Of a stretch of DNA of 64,000 nucleotides, positions 56,651 through 64,000 are shown in pieces. The stretch lies in the IMG/VR virus record IMGVR_UViG_3300046327_000158, positions 16,540 to 80,539 of that record; one strand, written 5' to 3'. This DNA comes from a virus (taxonomy: Duplodnaviria; Heunggongvirae; Uroviricota; Caudoviricetes). A program made the translations under genes and the position numbers. Within the stretch, counting starts at the first letter, position 1, and each line of letters starts with the position of its first letter. The notes under the pieces are model-generated. The model saw nothing but the letters and a program-made list of their open reading frames with translations. It searched no databases and was not told the origin of the DNA.

Positions 56651-56812
56651 ATGAAACATTTTATAAATATATTTGTACTACTAATTTTAGTAGGGTTTAT
56701 AGTAGGGGTTACTTTCTTACAAATAACTTACGGAGAAGCTTGGTTTATAGCGTATATACCACTGCTATTTGCGACCCTTTTTTGGGGAATAAAATTAGCA
56801 GATGATTATTAA
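56651..56812 (+). CDS. small two-TM membrane protein (53 aa), not in ORF track
   Basis: MKHFINIFVLLILVGFIVGV...; ATG 2 nt after previous stop. Confidence 0.45.
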   Translation: MKHFINIFVLLILVGFIVGVTFLQITYGEAWFIAYIPLLFATLFWGIKLADDY

Positions 56813-56825
56813 AAATAGATAAGAT

Positions 56826-57083
56826 ATGGCATTTTATACAGGAACAAAACAAGACTTATCTGATATCCGAGAAATTGGAGGTCTGTACATATCAGAAGAT
56901 GGGAATCAATGGTCAACTAGTCCATACCCAATTCATCGAGAATTATACAGACATTTAAAGTATGTTAACTTGAGTTTTAAAGAAGCCTATGAGGCAATGC
57001 TAAACGGAACTTCAAAGGCATCTAAAAGAGTACAAAAATATGTATTGGCTAATTATAAAGCCATGAACCCGCAAAATAAATAA
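56826..57083 (+). CDS. hypothetical protein
   Basis: 85-aa ORF. Confidence 0.5.
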   Translation: MAFYTGTKQDLSDIREIGGLYISEDGNQWSTSPYPIHRELYRHLKYVNLSFKEAYEAMLNGTSKASKRVQKYVLANYKAMNPQNK

Positions 57084-57085
57084 AG

Positions 57086-57400
57086 ATGCAAGAAAAACTA
57101 AAGCAAAAATTTGCACAGAAAATGTTGGATGAGAAATTAGATTTCTTACCATTAGAAGAGTCTCTACAATTAGTAGAATGTGATATTAACTTAGACACAC
57201 GGTTTTCGTGGGTATGTAGAACAGAGGAGCTTGAAGATAATGGAGAGTATATGCCAACAAAAGAGTTACTATCTAATCTTCAACAAATTTATGGCGAGCC
57301 TGATGATTACCATTTAACAATTGGTAAAAAATATGATGAGTATGATGAGTTTACTTTAGAACTTGCTCCGGCACCAACTTATATAGATTTAATCAAATAA
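57086..57400 (+). CDS. hypothetical acidic protein
   Basis: 104-aa ORF. Confidence 0.5.
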   Translation: MQEKLKQKFAQKMLDEKLDFLPLEESLQLVECDINLDTRFSWVCRTEELEDNGEYMPTKELLSNLQQIYGEPDDYHLTIGKKYDEYDEFTLELAPAPTYIDLIK

Positions 57401-57403
57401 ATT

Positions 57404-57613
57404 ATGAAACACAGAGAAGAAGAATTAGTTCCAGGGCAAGTCTACTACCTTGATAACACGAAAGAAGATTGGGCAATATTTAAAGAGTATGATGCCGAAA
57501 AAAATGCATTTTTTACTCCATTAGAGGGTTCAAGCTACATAGTAGATGAAGTAAGTAACACTATTGGGTTTGCCGGAATTTTGGGAAGAGAGTGGGAAAT
57601 TAAAGAAGATTAA
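57404..57613 (+). CDS. hypothetical protein
   Basis: 69-aa ORF. Confidence 0.45.
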   Translation: MKHREEELVPGQVYYLDNTKEDWAIFKEYDAEKNAFFTPLEGSSYIVDEVSNTIGFAGILGREWEIKED

Positions 57614-57614
57614 T

Positions 57615-57998
57615 ATGAAAAGAATATTTTTACTATTGTTGTTAGTGCTTTCACTAAATTTTGCTAACGCACAACAAAAGCAGTTCAGAAGAATTTATAC
57701 AGAAGTAGCTGTAACTAAAGGGGACGATACAAAGAGAATAGATGCTGTAAACACTATCTTTTTTAACTACGGCAATAGAGCAGTACTTAAGATATACAGC
57801 TCCGACAACACAATTACTTTCTATGATCAAGTAACCGATATTGATGAGGGTAAAACATCAGGTGGTATGGTATTTCAATCTGCTGTGTATAGACAAAGAG
57901 GTACAGGGCTAGAAATAGGGCTCCAAATGTTTGATGAAGCTAAGTATGGATGTAGGATTGTCTTTAGTGATGAATCAATGATACAATTTTTACCATAA
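57615..57998 (+). CDS. secreted protein (Sec signal peptide MKRIFLLLLLVLSLNFANA)
   Basis: ATG in frame of ORF-track 57564 ORF, placed after upstream stop; cleavable signal, beta-rich body. Confidence 0.5.
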   Translation: MKRIFLLLLLVLSLNFANAQQKQFRRIYTEVAVTKGDDTKRIDAVNTIFFNYGNRAVLKIYSSDNTITFYDQVTDIDEGKTSGGMVFQSAVYRQRGTGLEIGLQMFDEAKYGCRIVFSDESMIQFLP

Positions 57999-58025
57999 AA
58001 GCTTGCAAGAATAAAAAAGAAGTAT

Positions 58026-58033
58026 TACCTTTG
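58026..58033 (+). promoter_or_regulatory. -7 box TACCTTTG
   Basis: 22 nt upstream of ATG 58055. Confidence 0.5.
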
Positions 58034-58054
58034 TAAAAAATTTAAAACAAGAAT

Positions 58055-59155
58055 ATGAAATTATTAAGAGACATTCCAACTAACCACTTCGTAGCAATTG
58101 ACATTGAGACGGTTAGAATTAAGGAAAAGTACGAAGACTTATCACCCGAATGGCAATCAGCTTGGGAGTATAAGAACAAGCAATCAGGAGAAGTTCCTTA
58201 TTTTGAGGAATTATCAGACTCTTGGGACAAGACATCATCACTATTCGCAGAGTTTAGTAAAGTATGTGCAGTAAGTCTTGTGTTTATGATTGGGGAAGAA
58301 AAGCTAAAGTTCAAAGAGTTCTACGGAGAAGATGAAGCAGCTTTATTAACAGAGCTTAGAGATTTCTTACAGAGAATGGCTCAAAGTGAAGGTGGTAAAA
58401 ACTACAGATTAGTAGGACACGCAGCTAAGTACTTTGATTACCCTTTCTTATGCAAGAGATACATAATCAACAGCATCACTATTCCTACATTGTTAGACAC
58501 AGCTCACTTAAAACCTTGGGAAAGCCGTAATCTTTGTACAAATGCCGACATTTGGAAGATGGGCGGAACAGGTGCGGGCAGTTCTTTGCAAGCATTGTGC
58601 ACAACATTAAACATCCCAATCTCTAAAGTAGATTTAGTTGGAGATGAAGTAGGATCTGCTTATTACAGAGGAGAAGTAGAAAGAATTGCTAAGTATTGTA
58701 CGTTAGACACTATTGCTACATTCAACGTAATTCGTAGAATCAAGGGAGAGAGAGTGTTTGAGTTTGATGAAGCAACAGCAGTAAAAGAGGGTGGTGCAAC
58801 TAAATTAGTTCCAACAAAGAATATTGCTAAGCCAGTAGATGTCCCTAAAGAAGAGCCTAAGAAAGCTCCCGTAAAGAAAGTTGCAGAAAAAGTAGATACA
58901 ACAGATCCTGAGGATGTATTGTTTGCTAAACTACCACTATTACATAAGTTGATTAATGCAACAGAGATCTTAGATGAGACTAAAGAAGAGTTAAAAGACT
59001 TACTCAAAAAGAAAAAGTTGACTAAGAAAGATAGAGTTATCGTAGAGGATATTTTAGTAAATATCTATATAAATAACGAGATGTTTAAGTCGGATAAGCC
59101 GGCATTACAAGAAAGTAAACGTGCAGAAATTGCACAAATGTTAGACAGTATTTAG
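58055..59155 (+). CDS. DEDD-family 3'-5' exonuclease (DnaQ-like) with K/E-rich C-terminal extension
   Basis: Exo I VAIDIETV, Exo II LVGHAAKYFDYPFL, Exo III YCTLDTIATF. Confidence 0.6.
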   Translation: MKLLRDIPTNHFVAIDIETVRIKEKYEDLSPEWQSAWEYKNKQSGEVPYFEELSDSWDKTSSLFAEFSKVCAVSLVFMIGEEKLKFKEFYGEDEAALLTELRDFLQRMAQSEGGKNYRLVGHAAKYFDYPFLCKRYIINSITIPTLLDTAHLKPWESRNLCTNADIWKMGGTGAGSSLQALCTTLNIPISKVDLVGDEVGSAYYRGEVERIAKYCTLDTIATFNVIRRIKGERVFEFDEATAVKEGGATKLVPTKNIAKPVDVPKEEPKKAPVKKVAEKVDTTDPEDVLFAKLPLLHKLINATEILDETKEELKDLLKKKKLTKKDRVIVEDILVNIYINNEMFKSDKPALQESKRAEIAQMLDSI

Positions 59156-59156
59156 T

Positions 59157-59846
59157 ATGGGAGAGACAAAGATGTTAGACTTACCAAAAGTCTATGAGAA
59201 TGAAGGAGGGAAGTACCCCCAACACATAGGTAAACCTAAACTCAGTTATTCGGCCTACGGGTCGTTTACTGAGGAGGCTTATCGAGGAGAGTTTTTTGCT
59301 AATTACTTCTTGGGTATCAGAGGAGAGGGAAATATCTTCACAGAGTATGGTAGTAAGTGCGGAGAGTTCTTAGAGAAGCTTGAGACATCAGATCTTTCAG
59401 AGTTTGATATTTCTGTACTATCTCAGATTACAAGGCCGGAGAATGCAAAATACGAGGTTGAAGTAGTTGTTGATAGAGGTTCTTATGTTATCCAAGGATT
59501 TATTGACCAAGAGTACCAAGGGGAAAATGGTTTAGTAATCCAGGATTTAAAGACTGGGGCAATTGATAAGAAAGCCAAAGACTACGGAGGAGATGATTAT
59601 CAACAAACAACTCTATACGCTTATCAAAGAGAGTTAGAGGGAGAGAAGATTGCTTATTCAGGTGTAATGCTAGTAGATAGAAAAGGGAACGGTCAAGAAA
59701 AGTATCCTCTTAGATTAACAGGAGAGATTGCTTACATACCAACACCTTACTCTAAAGAAAGAGCAGAGACATTTTTGAATAAGTTTGATAAGGTAGCTAA
59801 GGAAATAGAAGCCTATCATAAAATTTATAAAAAATATTTTAAATAA
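59157..59846 (+). CDS. PD-(D/E)XK nuclease (RecB/Cas4-like fold)
   Basis: GFIDQEY...LVIQDLKTG resembles D...(D/E)xK plus the KTG motif III of RecB-family nucleases. Confidence 0.5.
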   Translation: MGETKMLDLPKVYENEGGKYPQHIGKPKLSYSAYGSFTEEAYRGEFFANYFLGIRGEGNIFTEYGSKCGEFLEKLETSDLSEFDISVLSQITRPENAKYEVEVVVDRGSYVIQGFIDQEYQGENGLVIQDLKTGAIDKKAKDYGGDDYQQTTLYAYQRELEGEKIAYSGVMLVDRKGNGQEKYPLRLTGEIAYIPTPYSKERAETFLNKFDKVAKEIEAYHKIYKKYFK

Positions 59847-59872
59847 AGCTTGCAGGATTAAAAAATAGTTTG

Positions 59873-59880
59873 TATCTTTG
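59873..59880 (+). promoter_or_regulatory. -7 box TATCTTTG (TTTGTATCTTTGCAGAAG) with about 240-nt leader
   Basis: identical core to 29662/30142/33803. Confidence 0.5.
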
Positions 59881-60118
59881 CAGAAGAAAATAACAACACA
59901 CTGAGAAAGGCAGTCAAAGAGGTAAGAATTGGTAGTATTTATAGCCCACGCCCTGATATAGCAGTCGCCTATATTGTGACGACTCTTAATGTAACAAGGA
60001 ACATTAGACCTAGCTTAGTATAATAAAGTAGAAATAATCCTGGACTTACAGAACCAGTGTAAATAGTAAACTACCTTATTTCAACCTTGATGACGGTGTG
60101 TTTTTTAAAAAAGAAAAA

Positions 60119-60292
60119 ATGAAGTATTTAATCAGTATTATAGGTATCTTTTGTTCAGTACTTATATTTATGAAGTTGTTGTCTATGCTGAATGCAGGAA
60201 ACACTCTTATGAACATAGCAGGATTGATCGGGCTCTTTTTATTAGGGTTCGTTATTGGAAAAACAAAATTATTCACAAAATTTAAAAAGTAA
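60119..60292 (+). CDS. NfeD-like small membrane protein (partner of SPFH protein)
   Basis: two TM helices then short basic tail; immediately upstream of SPFH gene as in bacterial NfeD-stomatin operons; ORF-track start 60098 is GTG. Confidence 0.45.
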   Translation: MKYLISIIGIFCSVLIFMKLLSMLNAGNTLMNIAGLIGLFLLGFVIGKTKLFTKFKK

Positions 60293-60295
60293 AGA

Positions 60296-61147
60296 ATGAA
60301 AAAAGTATTAGGGTTATTGAGTTTAGTATTAGTAATGACGTTTACATCATGTACAACAGCAGATTCTTCTGAAGTGGCATTGGTAGTAGATCAGATTGGA
60401 AATGATAAAGGTGTACCAAACATCGAAATGGCATCGGGATTTATCTTCTATTTTCCACCAACACAAGATGTTTATATGTATCCAACATCTGTACAACATA
60501 AAGTTTGGACAGCATCAGTAGATGAGGATTCTCCAACAGATGAGCATATTGACGTAACATCAGGAGATGGAGCAACGTTTGGATTAGATGTAGCAATTAA
60601 TTTACAATTAGAACGATCAGCAGCACCAACTTTATTTACAAAGTATAGAGTAGATATGGATGAGTTGATTAATACAAGAGTTCGTAATATCGTAAGAAAA
60701 GAGTTATTAGATAATGCAGTAGGATTTGCGTCAGATAGTTTACTACAACATAGAAATGTATATGAGGCAGGTGTAACACGCACATTGACAAAGTCTTTAG
60801 CTAAAGAGGGTTTTATATTAAACAACATTGCAGTGTTAAAAATGTCAATTCCGGCATCTTATAAAAAAGCCATTGAAACAAAGATTAGAGTAATTCAAGA
60901 AACAGCTACTATTAAGTCTCAAACATTACAAGCAGAGCAAACAGCATTAAAGAAAGTAGCATTGGCTAAAGGTAACTATGAAGCAGCTTTATACGAAGCT
61001 AAAACAAAAGCTATTTTATCACAGCCTAAAATGTTAGAGTTATACAGAGCTGAAACAGAGAGAGTATGGGCTGAACAAGGTGTATCTCCTTATGGATCTA
61101 ATAACGTTTTTGGTGCCGGTACAGGTATCATGTTGAATAGAAAATAA
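60296..61147 (+). CDS. SPFH/band-7 (stomatin/prohibitin-like) lipoprotein
   Basis: lipoprotein-type signal LVLVMTFTSC, SPFH-domain-like core, long Ala/Glu/Lys-rich C-terminal coiled-coil. Confidence 0.55.
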   Translation: MKKVLGLLSLVLVMTFTSCTTADSSEVALVVDQIGNDKGVPNIEMASGFIFYFPPTQDVYMYPTSVQHKVWTASVDEDSPTDEHIDVTSGDGATFGLDVAINLQLERSAAPTLFTKYRVDMDELINTRVRNIVRKELLDNAVGFASDSLLQHRNVYEAGVTRTLTKSLAKEGFILNNIAVLKMSIPASYKKAIETKIRVIQETATIKSQTLQAEQTALKKVALAKGNYEAALYEAKTKAILSQPKMLELYRAETERVWAEQGVSPYGSNNVFGAGTGIMLNRK

Positions 61148-62813
61148 AACATAAACCACACATAGAAAGACAAACAAGTAACAATGGTGGATGGACCACT
61201 GAGGGCGAAAAATTTAGTTACAACACAATCAAGAGGTGTTATGGTTGTTGAGTATGATAAAAATTCCTTGAATGAAATAACTGAATCTAAAGGTTACGTA
61301 ATAAGATTAGGTACTTTATCCCAATCTTGATGGGTGTGAGGTTTTTATAAAAGGTTTCAGTTCCTATGTACAAACTGGCAGGTAGCGTGCTAAAAGCTCA
61401 CGCATTATAGTTAACCTTGTAGTCGATAACTTTAGTAGGTTAAACATTGAAGCCTTTGTAAAAGAGTAACGCAGAAATTGCTTTTAAGAAAACTAATAAT
61501 TTCCTCTTTACATAAAGATACTATCAGTAATGGTAGATGTGTTGTTCCCTTGAGAAAGGAACCCTTAAAGCATACACACCGTAAATAGGGGTGTACAACA
61601 CAAATGAGTTCTCAGCAAGTGGTATTTTGTCAGGCTAAAAGCGACATCCTGTAAAGCACGCTTTTGACCACGTGACCCTACTCTTATTAGTGAGAGCCCT
61701 TGAGCCTATTTTCATAGGGAGGCAGTATCTAGTGAGCGTATAACAGCTAATAGAGAGGGTTCTAAAATAATTTACCAATGCTCGCTGTTAATTGAGAAGT
61801 AGAGTGTATTAATTTCCGAATAAGGGTTTACAGTAGGAAAACGTTACTCATTGCACTCAATCAGAAACCCTGCTCATGTACAAGCCCCGTAACTGATAAC
61901 TCGGTAGGCTACATGAAAGACACAGGTTGGTAAAAGAGAGTACCGGTTGGTGTAAGTGGGAATAAATACCACCTTGGGTTAACACGTTGACTGAGATAGC
62001 ATCTCTTAATTTGTCAGCAGATGAGAGTTCGACCCTCTCACCGGTACCAATGGTTATGAGCAACGTGCCCCACTAATTGCACAATGTTGACAGCTTGGAA
62101 AGACAAGCAACTGTCAGGTGGCGTAATGAGGCGTGGTTGCCGAGTCCTATATGGTTGCTTTAAGGTTCGAGTCCTCCCTGACAACAGCAGTCATCTGAAC
62201 TAGCACTAGGACGATGACTACCAACGGAGGAAGCTAGTCTCACGGTTGGTCCTGTAGGTTGCGACCAGTACGCATAAAAAGACTCCTACCAGGTAAAGTA
62301 GGTGTGTGGCATTTTCAGTCCAAGCTTTGCCATTTTTTATAGGTTATTGTGTTATTTTGATATTGAAGATTCGAGGCTCAGTCATTTGACTTGAGCACGC
62401 TACCTCGGACCTTGACAAGTGCCCCCACATGGGGGAAATGATTGAGTGGCGTAATTGGTAAAGCATAGTAGAGATCCTGCTATATGTTGGTTCAAATCCA
62501 GCCTCAGTCACGAAATGATTTGTTGATTTATTATTGAATTTGAGCAAGACCCGGGGGCAGAGCCCGGCACCTCCACAAAAGTTTCCTTGAACTATAAACA
62601 AGGTGGTGGAGTCGATGAGAAATCAGAGACCTAGGCTTTATCGGTTGTGCCTTAAACAGCCGGTGTTATTGGGGGTGAAATAGTATTGATTGGCAATAAG
62701 TAGGTAATAAGGAGAATTAATTTCAAAATTAAACGACAACGTTTACACACTTGGTGGGGTACAGATGAGATCTGCAGCCTAACACGTCCGGGGAGAACGA
62801 CATCTCCCCAAAT
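61148..62813 (+). ncRNA. 1.7-kb ORF-free GC-richer structured region with multiple tRNA-like acceptor/T-arm modules (candidate degenerate tRNA cluster or large structured RNA)
   Basis: no ORF over 85 aa on either strand; T-arm plus acceptor pairings at 61941-62047, 62109-62187 and 62440-62510; many GC-clamped hairpins. Confidence 0.35.
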
Positions 62814-62886
62814 GGTCTCGTAGCTCAGCGGTAGAGCAGGTCGCTCATAACGACAAGGTCGGGGTATCGTAATCCTCCGGGACCAC
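62814..62886 (+). tRNA. tRNA, anticodon CAT (Met or Ile2), non-canonical T-loop
   Basis: acceptor GGTCTCG/CGGGACC, D-arm TAGCTCAGCGGTAGAGC, anticodon loop CTCATAA, T-loop ATCGTAA (atypical). Confidence 0.6.
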
Positions 62887-62900
62887 TAACATAAAAAATT

Positions 62901-63392
62901 ATGAGTGAATCAAATTTATTTTTAGTAGAAGCTTACAATAGAGGGTTTAGAGTATCTGATTGTGGAAAATTTATAAAAACAGCTAGAAACAAAAGACCTC
63001 AAGTAGCTTTTGAAAAGGGGTATCCAATAATTAATGTCAGGATTGGTAAAAAAACAATGAAAGTGCCTTGGCATAGGATACAAGCTATGCAAAAATATGG
63101 AGAAGAGTTGTTTAAAGAAGGTATAGTAGTTAGGCACAAAAATAGTATAAAGACAGACTGTAGTACAGGTAATATCCTTATAGGGACTATGGCAGATAAC
63201 AATATGGATAAGCCTGCTGAAGATAGATTAAAGTACGCACTAAATGCCGCAAGCTACATCAGGAAATACCAGGCTTCTGAAGTAAAAGAGTTTTATTCGC
63301 AAAACAAGTCTTATAAAAAGACTATGGAGAAATTTGGGATTAGCTCAAAAGGAACTCTACACTTTATATTAAATAACACAAAACATAGTTAA
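62901..63392 (+). CDS. HNH homing endonuclease
   Basis: VVRHKNSIKTDCSTGNILIG matches the H-N-H core (H..N....D....NL) of phage HNH_3 enzymes. Confidence 0.6.
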   Translation: MSESNLFLVEAYNRGFRVSDCGKFIKTARNKRPQVAFEKGYPIINVRIGKKTMKVPWHRIQAMQKYGEELFKEGIVVRHKNSIKTDCSTGNILIGTMADNNMDKPAEDRLKYALNAASYIRKYQASEVKEFYSQNKSYKKTMEKFGISSKGTLHFILNNTKHS

Positions 63393-63396
63393 GATT

Positions 63397-63747
63397 ATGG
63401 AAAAAGAATTTATACCTTATGAACAAGCATTAGCTTTAAAAGAATTAGGATTTGACGAACCTTGTATGGCAGGTTATGATATAAGTACAAATCAATTATT
63501 TATTGGGTACGAGCATAATCATGATTTTTATACACAAGCACCACTTTACCAACAAGCATTTAGATGGTTTAGAGAGGAGTATAATTTACCAGCATGGATT
63601 TATGAATCAGAAGGTAAATGGTTTTGGAAGATTGTAAAAGGAGATTTTTGGGAACAAAACCAAAAACCTTACACCTACGAAGAAGCACAACTTGAATGCC
63701 TTAAAAAACTAATAGAAATAATAAAACAAAAAGCAAATGAAAAATAA
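63397..63747 (+). CDS. hypothetical protein
   Basis: 116-aa ORF. Confidence 0.5.
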   Translation: MEKEFIPYEQALALKELGFDEPCMAGYDISTNQLFIGYEHNHDFYTQAPLYQQAFRWFREEYNLPAWIYESEGKWFWKIVKGDFWEQNQKPYTYEEAQLECLKKLIEIIKQKANEK

Positions 63748-63997
63748 GAAGTTACAGATTGACGAAGAAAACTACATCAATGTACAAGACAGTTACAACT
63801 GTACTTTAGTGATGACAGAGGAGAAGGAAAAGGCAGACGGAACACCTTATATTTCTTCAAGGGAATACCATTTCCCTAGTGTGACCCACGCTTTAAAAAA
63901 GTATATGGAGGTTGCACAAAAAGAGTCTGTAGATGTAAAAGACTGTATAAGAGTAACAGAGGAATGTTTTTCAAAAATTGAAAAATTAAAGTTTTAA
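63737..63997 (+). CDS. hypothetical protein
   Basis: 86-aa ORF ending 3 nt before window end. Confidence 0.45.
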   Translation: MKNKKLQIDEENYINVQDSYNCTLVMTEEKEKADGTPYISSREYHFPSVTHALKKYMEVAQKESVDVKDCIRVTEECFSKIEKLKF

Positions 63998-64000
63998 CAA

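Noticed and set aside
1-64000. Integrase, repressor or lysogeny module, and a phage RNA polymerase
   Set aside because: No candidate ORF with recombinase or large RNAP features is present in this window.

Overview
The window reads as one contiguous segment of a virulent tailed dsDNA phage of a Bacteroidetes (probably Flavobacteriia) host. It is AT-rich, uses the TAnnTTTG -7 promoter box typical of that phylum, and shows no integrase or repressor.

Layout:
(i) 1-29564, minus strand: morphogenesis and lysis genes. In transcription order these are the large terminase, a GIY-YIG homing endonuclease, a portal-sized protein, an acidic scaffold-like protein, the putative major capsid protein, three structural proteins, a holin / M15 endolysin / overlapping spanin-like cassette, and tail-fibre genes. 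Downstream of the fibres sits a 2OG-oxygenase-like gene plus three DxD glycosyltransferase-like genes.
(ii) 29565-30165: a divergent control region with several promoters and a GC-richer structured core.
(iii) 30166-41698, plus strand: SF2 helicase, RecA-like recombinase, GIY-YIG nuclease, PhoH-like ATPase, a protein with an SSB-style acidic tail, a GroEL/GroES chaperonin pair, tRNA-like elements, thioredoxin, a ClpP-like protein, an FkbM methyltransferase and a GT32 glycosyltransferase.
(iv) 41700-42475: an ORF-free region with homopolymer C/G tracts and short degenerate repeats, a candidate genome terminus or origin.
(v) 42476-59846, plus strand: about 45 co-oriented small early genes, many very acidic. 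The first few are each preceded by a GNRA/UUCG-loop hairpin and a conserved AACTCTCACA motif. The array ends with a DEDD exonuclease and a PD-(D/E)XK nuclease.
(vi) An NfeD-like / SPFH (band-7) lipoprotein pair with a long leader.
(vii) A 1.7 kb ORF-free, GC-richer structured region carrying tRNA-like elements and one clear tRNA (anticodon CAT), followed by an HNH endonuclease.

The candidates I would look at first are these. The tail fibre appears split by a frameshift. A 569-aa structural gene has a possible TGA read-through extension. A GroEL/GroES/thioredoxin/ClpP proteostasis island sits in the replication module. An oxygenase-plus-glycosyltransferase module lies next to the Ser/Thr-rich tail fibres. 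The early-gene motif AACTCTCACA fits no known Bacteroidetes promoter element. Finally there is the long structured RNA-like region.

All protein calls rest on motifs I could recognise by eye, and none has been checked against a database.
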